DNA of 64,000 bases from Spirochaetia bacterium. GTDB taxonomy: Bacteria > Spirochaetota > Spirochaetia > DSM-2461. The notes beneath the pieces are model-generated. The model was not told the origin of the DNA and did no database searches. It worked only from the letters and a program-made list of their open reading frames with translations. Positions within the stretch are counted from its first letter, which is position 1, and every line of letters starts with the position of its first letter. The stretch covers positions 2,016,001-2,080,000 of the forward strand of contig OY764216.1 of NCBI GenBank assembly GCA_963668315.1, read 5' to 3'. The position numbers and the translations under genes were made by a program. This document shows, piece by piece, positions 1-8,478 of the stretch.

Positions 1-878
1 CCGATTCCCCCGACCAGCAGGGAAATCGCCGCCACGCCCGCCAGGAGGAGACTAACCGTTCCCAGAGTTTCATCCACCTTTTCCAGCATGGAGGCCATGG
101 AGCGAATATGAAGGGAATCTTCCACGCCTGTTTTCTCTTCCGCCCAGTCGGTAATGATATCTTCCATATCGGAAGTCTCGTCCTGATTCAGAACCTGGAC
201 AAGAACACTCGCGGCTTCGGGATTGGGTTCAATTTTCTTTTTGTAGAATCCCCTCGGGATATAGGCCGCGCTGGCCGTCGATTCCATACCGGAATCCTTA
301 TCTTCCAGAACCCCGATGACTTCAAAGCCATAGGTCGAATTATTCGTGTCGACAATGATCTGTCTGCCGACTCCGTCCCCGTCGGGAAAGAGCGAATCGG
401 AGACATCGGAGCCGAGGATGATCTTCTGCGCCCCCATGACATTATCGCTCACCGTGAACCAGCTGCCCCCTTCCTTGAGTTCCGCTCCCGTCGTCGGGAG
501 GTACCCGTATTCCACGGCCGTGCAGTTGACGGAAGCTTCGGTCCCGTCGTCGAGACGAAGGGTGCTGCTCAGGCTGTTTTTGTAGTAGATGGACTTCAGA
601 CCCTCTATTTCGCCCCACAACTCTTCGCGAAAATCCTCATCAAAGGTGATGGTAGAGCTGGAAGAAGCTCCCCTATGGCTCATAAATCCCGTACTCAGGG
701 AAAGTTCGTCAAGACCGGAATCTCCAAAGGTGCTGGTGATATTTGCCGTGGCGCTCTGGCCAAGGGTTGTTATCACGATGACCGATGCGACGCCTATGAT
801 AATTCCCAGCAGGGACAAGAGAGTTCTCATTTTGTTAATCCGGAAATTCTGCAGCGCGTTTATTAAATCTTCAAGCAT
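1..878 (-). CDS. MacB/FtsX-like ABC transporter permease (3' end runs off the window)
   Basis: Not in the ORF track. Manual translation from the ATG at 878 gives MLEDLINALQNFRINKMRTLLSLLGIIIGVASVIVITTLG, the typical MacB-permease N-terminus. TAATG overlap with the upstream ATPase stop. Confidence 0.9.
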   Translation of the reverse strand, partial: MLEDLINALQNFRINKMRTLLSLLGIIIGVASVIVITTLGQSATANITSTFGDSGLDELSLSTGFMSHRGASSSSTITFDEDFREELWGEIEGLKSIYYKNSLSSTLRLDDGTEASVNCTAVEYGYLPTTGAELKEGGSWFTVSDNVMGAQKIILGSDVSDSLFPDGDGVGRQIIVDTNNSTYGFEVIGVLEDKDSGMESTASAAYIPRGFYKKKIEPNPEAASVLVQVLNQDETSDMEDIITDWAEEKTGVEDSLHIRSMASMLEKVDETLGTVSLLLAGVAAISLLVGGI

Positions 879-1621
879 TACAGATTTCCTTGCAGACTAT
901 AAATCTCGTCCGAATGAGAGGCTATTTCCCTATCCGTTTCACCGTCACTTTCAATGATGCCGTCCAGAATCCGAATGCAGCGGTCCGCGCTGTGGCCGAT
1001 CCCGGGATCATGGGTAATGATGATGATAGTCGTTCCTTCCCTTTGATTAATCCGGCGGAACAGTCTCATGACGTTTCGGCCCGTCTCGGAGTCAAGAGCC
1101 CCGGTCGGTTCATCGGCAAGTACGATCTTCGGACGGCTGGCGGTCGCCCGCGCAATAGCTGCCCGCTGTTTCTGGCCTCCCGACAATTCGGAAGGCCTGT
1201 GGGTCATGCGGTCTTCAAGACCGACCAGATGAAGAACTTCCTCTGCGCGGATGCGCCGCTCTGAAACGGGCAGTCCCTGGTACCGGAGGGGCAGCATGAC
1301 ATTTTCCAGAACGTTCATGGTCGAAAGCAGGTGATACTGCTGGAAAACGAATCCCACCGTTTCATTGCGCAGCCGGGCCAGTTCCTTTTCCGTCATCTCG
1401 GAAGTGAACTTTCCCCCGATGGCCACTTTCCCCCGGGAAGGACGGTCAAGGCATCCTATCATATTCATGCAGGTCGATTTTCCGGAGCCCGACGGTCCCA
1501 TGATGGAAAGGAATTCCCCTTGCGCCACGTCGAAACTGATTCCCCGCAGTGCTTGCACTTCGTTGTCTCCCATCACATATACTTTCCATACGTCCTGCAG
1601 GCTGATTACTGTAGATTCCAT
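878..1621 (-). CDS. ABC transporter ATP-binding protein (MacB/LolD type)
   Basis: Walker A GPSGSGKST, LSGGQKQR signature, Walker B VLADEPTG. Start moved to the ATG at 1621 after a GGAGGA SD. Confidence 0.95.
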   Translation of the reverse strand: MESTVISLQDVWKVYVMGDNEVQALRGISFDVAQGEFLSIMGPSGSGKSTCMNMIGCLDRPSRGKVAIGGKFTSEMTEKELARLRNETVGFVFQQYHLLSTMNVLENVMLPLRYQGLPVSERRIRAEEVLHLVGLEDRMTHRPSELSGGQKQRAAIARATASRPKIVLADEPTGALDSETGRNVMRLFRRINQREGTTIIIITHDPGIGHSADRCIRILDGIIESDGETDREIASHSDEIYSLQGNL

Positions 1622-1642
1622 AATTCCTCCATAGGGCAAAGA

Positions 1643-2794
1643 CTATTGTCCTCCGCCGGAAGGCGGCTGGCCGCCACCGCCGCTGGGGGGAGCGCTCGGC
1701 GGCTGCCCGCCTCCCATCCCGGGGCCTCCCATGCCCATGGGGCCGAACATGGTATTCTGCGCTTCTGTGCCGGACTTGTTCTCCTTCTGGGCTTTCAGCA
1801 CATCCCCTTCTTCGAGGCCGCCTCCCACAATCTTTACGTATGTGGTGTCATAGGGGACGACATTCACGTCCAACTTTGTATAGGACCCGTTTTCATCCAG
1901 GACCTCGACATAGGCTCCGTTTTTATTGCTGTTAACGGCATATCGCTCGACGAGCAGTACCGAAGTCGGCTCGGAGACTTCGATTTTTCCGGTAAAGGAG
2001 TACTCGGGGAGAATCTCTTCCGGCGGATCGTAAATCCTCACTTCCGCATTAACGACGGTAGCTCCCGAATCGCTTATGGTGCCAACGGCAGGCCAGGAAA
2101 CGAGGCTTCCCTCCACCGACCCCTCGCTATAGGCGGGGAAGGTCAGCTCGACGGCTTGCCCCTTCTTCAGTTTAGACACATCCGTTTCGACCACCTCTAT
2201 TTCCGCTTTCAGATAGTCCCGGTTGATGAGGGTGCCCAGTTCATCGGTATTCTCAAAGACATCGCCGGGAGCGGCATCAAGATCGGCTATTATGCCGTCA
2301 AACATGGCGATCACCTGCCGGTCTTTTAACTCCTCATTAATCATTTCCCTTTGAATTTCCATCAGAGCCACTTCCTTCATGGCACCGGTAATGCGCTTTT
2401 GCTCTATATCATAATCCTGTTTGGCCAGATTGTATTTTTCCTCGGAATTTTTAAATTGGACGAGAATCTGCCCTTTTTGAACGTGATCGCCTTCCTTTAC
2501 AAAAACGTCGGTAACCGTCCCGTCTGCGGCGCACTGCAGGGTTTGTGTCTGGGCGGCCTCAATATTCCCGGAAACATCAATGACATTTTCGTAGGTCTCC
2601 TTCATTACCGTATAGGAGATCCCGGCCAGTTCGGCTGCCTTGGTTTTTGATGTGTGAAGCGTTATTATCCCCGCCGCCGCTGCCGCGAGAATAACAGCAA
2701 TGACAAGGGTTATGATCAGCGGTTTCATCATTCTCCTCCCTTTCCTTCCTGTTTTTTCAGCCAGGGGTCTTTCTGCCGTTTCCATCATTGTCAT
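1643..2794 (-). CDS. Efflux periplasmic adaptor / membrane fusion protein (MacA/HlyD-like)
   Basis: N-terminal TM anchor, lipoyl-like GTVTDVFVKEGDHVQKGQIL motif, coiled coil, Gly/Pro-rich tail; operon context. Confidence 0.9.
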   Translation of the reverse strand: MTMMETAERPLAEKTGRKGRRMMKPLIITLVIAVILAAAAAGIITLHTSKTKAAELAGISYTVMKETYENVIDVSGNIEAAQTQTLQCAADGTVTDVFVKEGDHVQKGQILVQFKNSEEKYNLAKQDYDIEQKRITGAMKEVALMEIQREMINEELKDRQVIAMFDGIIADLDAAPGDVFENTDELGTLINRDYLKAEIEVVETDVSKLKKGQAVELTFPAYSEGSVEGSLVSWPAVGTISDSGATVVNAEVRIYDPPEEILPEYSFTGKIEVSEPTSVLLVERYAVNSNKNGAYVEVLDENGSYTKLDVNVVPYDTTYVKIVGGGLEEGDVLKAQKENKSGTEAQNTMFGPMGMGGPGMGGGQPPSAPPSGGGGQPPSGGGQ

Positions 2795-4257
2795 TCTCCT
2801 GTTCCCGTGTAATCCGTATTTTCTGAATTGATAAAATACTGAGCAATTTTAAGATTATATAAAACGTAATCTATATTCGTCAGACTGGCCGTATACCGGG
2901 CCTGTTCATAACTGTTTCTGTTCTGGGCAAGGTCTGAGTTCGCAATAAGCCCCTTTTCCGACCACTCCAGACTGTCTTCATAGAGCTTTTTATACAGGAC
3001 GAGATTCTCGCTGTTCCGCTGCTTTGCCCAAACGAGATCCCCGTAATCGGTCTCCGCGTCTCCGACGGCATCGGTATAGGCCTGTTCGGCGATTTTTATG
3101 TCCAGGATCTCAAGCTGACGGTCATATTCATCGTCCCTCTCATCCAGGGCAGATGTCCTGCGCTCGGTCAAGTCCCATTCAAGAGAAAGCAGGAGAGAGG
3201 GATCGGAAGGATCTTCCAGAGGAGTACTGATCCCGGCGGATAAGGACATCCCCCGGTAGGAAGCGGAAAGACCGGCGGAGAGGGAGTGGGTCATCGCCTC
3301 TTCCGTGTCGTCCGTGCCGCTCAGATACCCGTCCCATCCATAACCGAAATCGGCGCGCAAGGTAAAATCCCTATCGCTCTGCCGGCTTCTCTCGTTATAT
3401 CCGTTAGTCCAGATCGATTCTTCGAGATCGATGTACATTTGCCTGTCGTAATCCTCCATGTGGGCCAACTCCGTCGAATCGAGGGACGGGGGCAGCTCGG
3501 GGAGATCGGTCAGGCCATCCCTTTCCATGCCGCACCCCACGGCGAAATTACCCAGGGCATTCGCCAGAAGACGGGTCTCTTCTTCTACTTCCCGTTCGGC
3601 GGAATTTACTTCAAGCCGGGCCGATATATAAGTTGAGGAATAGGGCGCATAGCCTTCTACTTTTATTTCATCAAAGTCAGTTTGCAGCGTATAGAGGGTC
3701 GTTTTCCCGTCGGCCAGACTCTGGGCGGCCTCATAGAGGCTCCTCACTTCATTCCAGAATGATTCTTCGACGGCGATGCGCTTCAGGGTCAAATCCCTTT
3801 GGGAAAGGGTAAGTTCCCGTTCCGCCGATTCTATTTCCAGGGATGCCAGTCCGGCCGTATTCGAAATGATATCCGTGGAGAGGGTAACCTCGCCATTGTC
3901 AAATGCCGTGGCGGAACCGGAGCTGTCCGTTTCGACGGTCACAGGAATCGAAGCCGTCACCGACGTTCCGTTAATTAACGGGAGGCTTACGGTCGCCTGA
4001 GGGCTGAATTCCATCTCTGTTCCGTCGGAATTAAGCTCCAGTGACATATTCCCGGTAGAAACATTCACTTCCGTTCCATTCGCGACATTTGCCCTATCAA
4101 GGGACGTTTCCGCCTGCTTTACTTTAACCTGAAGCTGCTGCAGTTCCAGATTATGTTCCTTATACCCGATGAAGCAGTCATTCAATGTCTGGGCGCTGAG
4201 CATTGTTCCCCAGACAAAAATGAAGCCGGCGGCCGGGATCATTTTATTTAATTTCAT
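2791..4257 (-). CDS. TolC-family outer membrane efflux protein
   Basis: Signal peptide from MKLNKMIP at 4257 (the ORF-track extension is probably non-coding). Alternating long helices and beta strands; first gene of the MFP-ABC operon. Confidence 0.7.
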   Translation of the reverse strand: MKLNKMIPAAGFIFVWGTMLSAQTLNDCFIGYKEHNLELQQLQVKVKQAETSLDRANVANGTEVNVSTGNMSLELNSDGTEMEFSPQATVSLPLINGTSVTASIPVTVETDSSGSATAFDNGEVTLSTDIISNTAGLASLEIESAERELTLSQRDLTLKRIAVEESFWNEVRSLYEAAQSLADGKTTLYTLQTDFDEIKVEGYAPYSSTYISARLEVNSAEREVEEETRLLANALGNFAVGCGMERDGLTDLPELPPSLDSTELAHMEDYDRQMYIDLEESIWTNGYNERSRQSDRDFTLRADFGYGWDGYLSGTDDTEEAMTHSLSAGLSASYRGMSLSAGISTPLEDPSDPSLLLSLEWDLTERRTSALDERDDEYDRQLEILDIKIAEQAYTDAVGDAETDYGDLVWAKQRNSENLVLYKKLYEDSLEWSEKGLIANSDLAQNRNSYEQARYTASLTNIDYVLYNLKIAQYFINSENTDYTGTGE

Positions 4258-4367
4258 TCTATCACCTATGCGTATTACCCGGGAAATGTGGAATTCACAC
4301 TCTATCCCTTTTTTCCTTCGGATAGGAAAAATCATACAGGAATCGGCTTTTAAAGGGAGAGATGTTT

Positions 4368-4385
4368 TGTAAAAAGAATGTAAAA
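4368..4385 (-). promoter_or_regulatory. Putative OmpR-family tandem binding box upstream of the efflux operon
   Basis: TGTAAAA at 4368-4374 and 4379-4385 (11-bp period), between the efflux operon and the divergent TCS. Confidence 0.45.
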
Positions 4386-4470
4386 TATATGGGGGAGGAC
4401 GGGGCATTTCGAAACATTTCGGGCAGAATACTGTAAAGTGACGGTGTTCCCCCTCCCCGCGGCGGGAATT

Positions 4471-4498
4471 TTGATTAACAGGAAGAGGATAGTATAAT
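4471..4498 (+). promoter_or_regulatory. Sigma70-like promoter of the TCS (probably leaderless)
   Basis: TTGATT(4471)-16 nt-TATAAT(4493-4498); ATG 7 nt downstream. Confidence 0.6.
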
Positions 4499-4505
4499 AG
4501 GTAAT

Positions 4506-6035
4506 ATGAAACCGCGAATTCCCTCGGGAAAGCAGATACTGCTTCCCGGTTTAGTCCTGGCCGTGGCCGCCATGGGCCTTTTATCATTTCTCCAGATCAG
4601 ATGGATGGGCGATTCCCTTCAGGCCGAGAATATGCGTTACCGAAGGGGGGTGAACGACGACCTGAACCATATCGTCTGGAAGCTCTTCGAAAGGCTGGAT
4701 TTGGATCGTCTCGATCCGGAGTCCCTCGAAGCATCCATGAAAGGGTGGAAGGAAGATTCGGAGTATCCCGATCTGATAAAATCGGCCTCTCCCCTTGGAA
4801 ATGACCGGGCGCAGGCCGGGGAATTTTCCCCCCATGAAGGGGACGTCTATATTCTGGGGGGGAGAGCCGATGCGGGGTATCTGCTCGTCCTTGACGGGGC
4901 CTCTCTTTATGAGACTCTGCTTATGGAGGAGCTGCGTGAATACTCACTGGATTACTCCTTCACGGTTTCCTACGAAGAGATGGCTCCCGATTTCAGGGAA
5001 AAGGCCGGACCCATGGAAGACCGCGATTCCCTGATTAGGACCTATCTGCCCCAATTCATAGATCTATCCGATGCGGAAAGGCGCTTCGACAATATACTTT
5101 TTTCCCCCAGGGAGATGCCTTTTCCCCCGGAGAGAGCCGAGGGGGGGGGAGGGAAAATTATCCATGCCTACCGCCTCACGGTGGATTTGAATGAGGGAAG
5201 GGGGACGGCCCGGTTCGAAAGGCGCCTGAAAAGATCCAATCTGGGGCTTCTGGGAAGCCTGATTCTTATTCTGGCCGGCTGCTATTATCTTCTTTTCCGG
5301 CTCTACCGCGATGAGGAGGGACTCCGCCGCACGGAGCAGACCTTTGTCGCTTCCGTTTCCCATGAACTGCGAACGCCCATCGCCGTGATCAAGACGGCCT
5401 CGGAGAATCTGCAGCGGGGCATTGTCGCCGACGGGGAACGGGTCAAAGCCTATGGTCAGGTCATTCAGACCGAGGCCGACCGTCTGAACCGCATGGTGGA
5501 GGGAATTCTCTCCTACTCGCGCATGGAAGGCAGCGGCGCGAACAATTCCCGGCCGGTGAAAACCGATCCCCGTTCCTGTACCGGGGAGATCCTGGAGAGA
5601 CTGAAACTGACCTATCCGGAATGCCGGTGGGATGAGGATCTGACGGGAGCTCCGGCCGAGGTTCTCCTGGATCGGGAGTCCTACCGGCTGATACTGGAAA
5701 ACCTTGTGACCAACGGGATACTCCATGGAGAGAAGGGGATCATGAGAATCCGTCTGCTCAGCGACTTTCCCTCCCGGTGGAGGCTTATCGTGGAAGATGA
5801 GGGCGGCGGCATTCCCCGGAGGGAGCAGAAAAGAATCTTTGATCCCTTCGTGAGGGGACGGAAAAGCGAAGAACGTCAGGTGAGAGGCAGCGGACTGGGG
5901 CTCTATCTGGTGAAAAGAGCCGCCCTTTCTATGGGTGGCTCGGTTATTCTGGAGAGTCCCTACGAATATCCGGCGGGCCGGGAAAGAGGGGGCTGCCGCT
6001 TTACCCTGATTCTGCCCGTGGGAGAGGAGCAGTAG
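4506..6035 (+). CDS. Membrane sensor histidine kinase
   Basis: Two TM segments, H-box FVASVSHELRTP, N-box ENLVTNG, DEGGGI, and GSGLGL G-box. Confidence 0.95.
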   Translation: MKPRIPSGKQILLPGLVLAVAAMGLLSFLQIRWMGDSLQAENMRYRRGVNDDLNHIVWKLFERLDLDRLDPESLEASMKGWKEDSEYPDLIKSASPLGNDRAQAGEFSPHEGDVYILGGRADAGYLLVLDGASLYETLLMEELREYSLDYSFTVSYEEMAPDFREKAGPMEDRDSLIRTYLPQFIDLSDAERRFDNILFSPREMPFPPERAEGGGGKIIHAYRLTVDLNEGRGTARFERRLKRSNLGLLGSLILILAGCYYLLFRLYRDEEGLRRTEQTFVASVSHELRTPIAVIKTASENLQRGIVADGERVKAYGQVIQTEADRLNRMVEGILSYSRMEGSGANNSRPVKTDPRSCTGEILERLKLTYPECRWDEDLTGAPAEVLLDRESYRLILENLVTNGILHGEKGIMRIRLLSDFPSRWRLIVEDEGGGIPRREQKRIFDPFVRGRKSEERQVRGSGLGLYLVKRAALSMGGSVILESPYEYPAGRERGGCRFTLILPVGEEQ

Positions 6036-6740
6036 ATGAGCCGGATTCTGATGATAGAGGATGAGCCGGGCCTGCAGCTGACCGTTAGCGATCTGCTGGT
6101 GAACGAGGGCTATGAAGTGGAAATACGGGGCGACGGTCCCCGGGGGGAAGAAGAAGCGTCGAAAGGATTATACGATCTGATTCTTCTGGACGTGATGCTT
6201 CCGGGAAAGGATGGCTTTCAGATATGCAGGTCCCTCCGCGAGAAGGGCCTTACCGTTCCCGTTCTCATGCTGACAGCCCGGGTCACATCGATTGATACGG
6301 TTATGGGACTTAAGCTGGGGGCCGATGATTATCTGACCAAGCCCTTTGATTCCCAGGTTCTTCTGGCCAGGATAGAAGCGCTTCTCCGCAGGGCGTCGGG
6401 GGCGAAGGGCGGGAAAAATGCTCCCCTCCCTCCGGCGGAAGAGTTCGGCAGTTTTATTCTGAACCGGGACAGGGGAAGTCTCATGAAGAGAGAGGGGGAC
6501 CGGTTCCGGGAGATTACCCTGAATACCCAGGAGTACCGGCTTCTGGTTTTTCTGGCAGACCATCCTGAAAAAATACTCAGCCGCAACGAGCTTCTCGATG
6601 CCGTCTGGGGATATGAGACGGAAACATCCACCAGGACGGTGGATGTGCATATCGCCTGGCTTCGTCAGAAACTGGACGAGAAGGACCGTCCCCGGCATAT
6701 CATTACTCTCCGGGGACGGGGCTATAAATTCGTTATCTAA
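6036..6740 (+). CDS. OmpR/PhoB-family response regulator
   Basis: Receiver motifs (IEDE, LLDVMLP, GADDYLTKPF) and winged-helix RTVDVHIAWLRQKL...RGRGYK. Confidence 0.95.
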   Translation: MSRILMIEDEPGLQLTVSDLLVNEGYEVEIRGDGPRGEEEASKGLYDLILLDVMLPGKDGFQICRSLREKGLTVPVLMLTARVTSIDTVMGLKLGADDYLTKPFDSQVLLARIEALLRRASGAKGGKNAPLPPAEEFGSFILNRDRGSLMKREGDRFREITLNTQEYRLLVFLADHPEKILSRNELLDAVWGYETETSTRTVDVHIAWLRQKLDEKDRPRHIITLRGRGYKFVI

Positions 6741-8029
6741 ACGACTTTATAGCCCGCTTCCGTGACGGCTGCCTTCAGGGCCTCGGGATCGGCTTCACCC
6801 TTGATCACCGCTTTCTTCCCTTCCAGATCCACCCTGGCTTCCTCCGTTCCCCTTACCGATTCCAGCGCGTCCTTCACGGTGGCTGAGCAGTGGTGGCAGT
6901 TCATTCCTTCAATATTCAGCACGATTTCCTTACTCATATTTATCACTCCTTGGATTTTATGTTCTTCCTCATGTTCTTCTCCGTGACAGCAGCTTCCGCC
7001 ACAGCTCTTTTTCCTTATCAGTTTTCTGTAGAACGCGGCGCCCAGCAGAAGGGCGAAAAATCCCGCCGCCAGGTAGTCAACCAGTGAGAAACCCATCTGG
7101 TGTGACATGACCGATCCGGCGAATTCCCATCCGGTCAGTTCGGCAATTCCGTTCATGAGAAGTCCGAAGACCAGGCTTCCGCCTATAATCGTTCCCAGGT
7201 AGAAGAGTGTCTGCTTTCTGCCCAGGACGCGGGAGAGAATGGCCAGGGTGGCGGCGTTTGTTGCCGGGCCGGCCACCAGGAAGACATAGGCGGCGCCGGG
7301 TGAAAACCCTTTCAGTATCAGGGCTACCGCAATGGGAATGCTTGAGGTGGAGCAGACATACATGGGTATCCCGATCACCACCATGAGAAGCATGGAGAGA
7401 AAACCGCCTCCGAACAGGGTCCCCTCGAAAAAATTGTTCGGAATAGCGAGGGAAATCACGGCCGCCAGAGCCAGGCCTACGAGAAAGTTCACCGCAATAT
7501 CATCCACCGATTCCCTGTAGGCGAAGTTGAAGAATTGCCTCCACTTCCCCTTTGTGTCTCCCGCTGATGCACCCCGGGCTAATTCCTCTTCCCCTTTCCC
7601 ATCGGTTCTGTCATCCCTATCGAACAGGTAGGAGAAAAATCCTCCCAATACTCCCGTAATCAGGGCGGTAAGAGCCCGGAAAACGGCAAAAAGGGGCCCG
7701 AGCATACCCCAGGTAGCCGTCAGACTGTCCACTCCTGTCTGGGGAGTGGAAATAAGAAAGCTCATGACCGCCGGTTTGGAAGCCCCGTATTTTTTCAGGT
7801 AGGACGCCGTGGGGATGACGCCGCAGGAGCAGAGGGGCAGGGGGACACCCAGCAGGGCCGATTTGAGAACTGATGACAGATCATGGCCTCCCACATGGCG
7901 GGCCACGACCTCCCTTTTCATAAAAACACTGAGAAGACCGGCCACGGTCATTCCCAGAAGAAGATAGGGAGTCATTTCGATAAACAGAATATATATTTCC
8001 CCGGCAAAAAGGGTAATGTATTTAATCAT
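6737..8029 (-). CDS. DUF318/ArsP-like heavy-metal permease with C-terminal HMA domain
   Basis: PLPLCSCGVIP and PMYVCSTSSIP motifs; Cys/His-rich linker SCGGSCCHGEEHEEEH; HMA motif GMNCHHC. Confidence 0.9.
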   Translation of the reverse strand: MIKYITLFAGEIYILFIEMTPYLLLGMTVAGLLSVFMKREVVARHVGGHDLSSVLKSALLGVPLPLCSCGVIPTASYLKKYGASKPAVMSFLISTPQTGVDSLTATWGMLGPLFAVFRALTALITGVLGGFFSYLFDRDDRTDGKGEEELARGASAGDTKGKWRQFFNFAYRESVDDIAVNFLVGLALAAVISLAIPNNFFEGTLFGGGFLSMLLMVVIGIPMYVCSTSSIPIAVALILKGFSPGAAYVFLVAGPATNAATLAILSRVLGRKQTLFYLGTIIGGSLVFGLLMNGIAELTGWEFAGSVMSHQMGFSLVDYLAAGFFALLLGAAFYRKLIRKKSCGGSCCHGEEHEEEHKIQGVINMSKEIVLNIEGMNCHHCSATVKDALESVRGTEEARVDLEGKKAVIKGEADPEALKAAVTEAGYKVV

Positions 8030-8390
8030 TTCTTGCCTCCTCGGCTATATGCTTGAGCCCGATATCCAGAATCTGGCTGATATGACTGTCGTTCAGTGAG
8101 TAGACGGCCATACGCCCTTCCTTGTGATATTTTACCAGCCTCATCTGCCTGAGAACTTTCAGCTGGTGGGAAATGGCCGTCTGCTGCATTCCCGAAAGAA
8201 GGGAAAGGTCGTGAACGCATAAAGGTTTCTCCCTTAAAAAATAGAGTATTCTGATTCTTGTGGGATCCCCGAATACCTTGATAAATTCCGCCAGATCCTG
8301 AATCTCCTCATCAACGGGAATCTTTACCGTCAGTTCATCGGCTGTTTTCTGATCAATTCTGCACCAATCCACATTGTTATCCTTATACAT
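8022..8390 (-). CDS. ArsR/SmtB-family metalloregulatory repressor
   Basis: FGDPTRIRIL, LCVHDL, AISHQLKVLR HTH, and alpha5-type DSHI...LKHIAE site. Confidence 0.9.
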   Translation of the reverse strand: MYKDNNVDWCRIDQKTADELTVKIPVDEEIQDLAEFIKVFGDPTRIRILYFLREKPLCVHDLSLLSGMQQTAISHQLKVLRQMRLVKYHKEGRMAVYSLNDSHISQILDIGLKHIAEEARND

Positions 8391-8435
8391 ATGAATATAT
8401 GTTCATATAATATCATCACGGAGTCTTCTTGTCAA
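8389..8435 (-). promoter_or_regulatory. Promoter and SmtB-type palindromic operator
   Basis: TTGACA(8435-8430)-17 nt-TATTAT(8412-8407). Near-perfect 20-bp palindrome ATATGAATAT/ATGTTCATAT at 8389-8408 overlapping the start codon. Confidence 0.75.
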
Positions 8436-8478
8436 GTTTTCTTTGCATTTTGCCGCCGGATCCACTAGATTTGTAGTA

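Noticed and set aside
108..866. 252-aa plus-strand ORF
   Set aside because: Antisense shadow of the minus-strand ABC permease; no recognisable motifs.
4258..4587. N-terminal extension of the TolC-like ORF
   Set aside because: Covers promoter DNA and overlaps the divergent kinase; the signal peptide starts at 4257.
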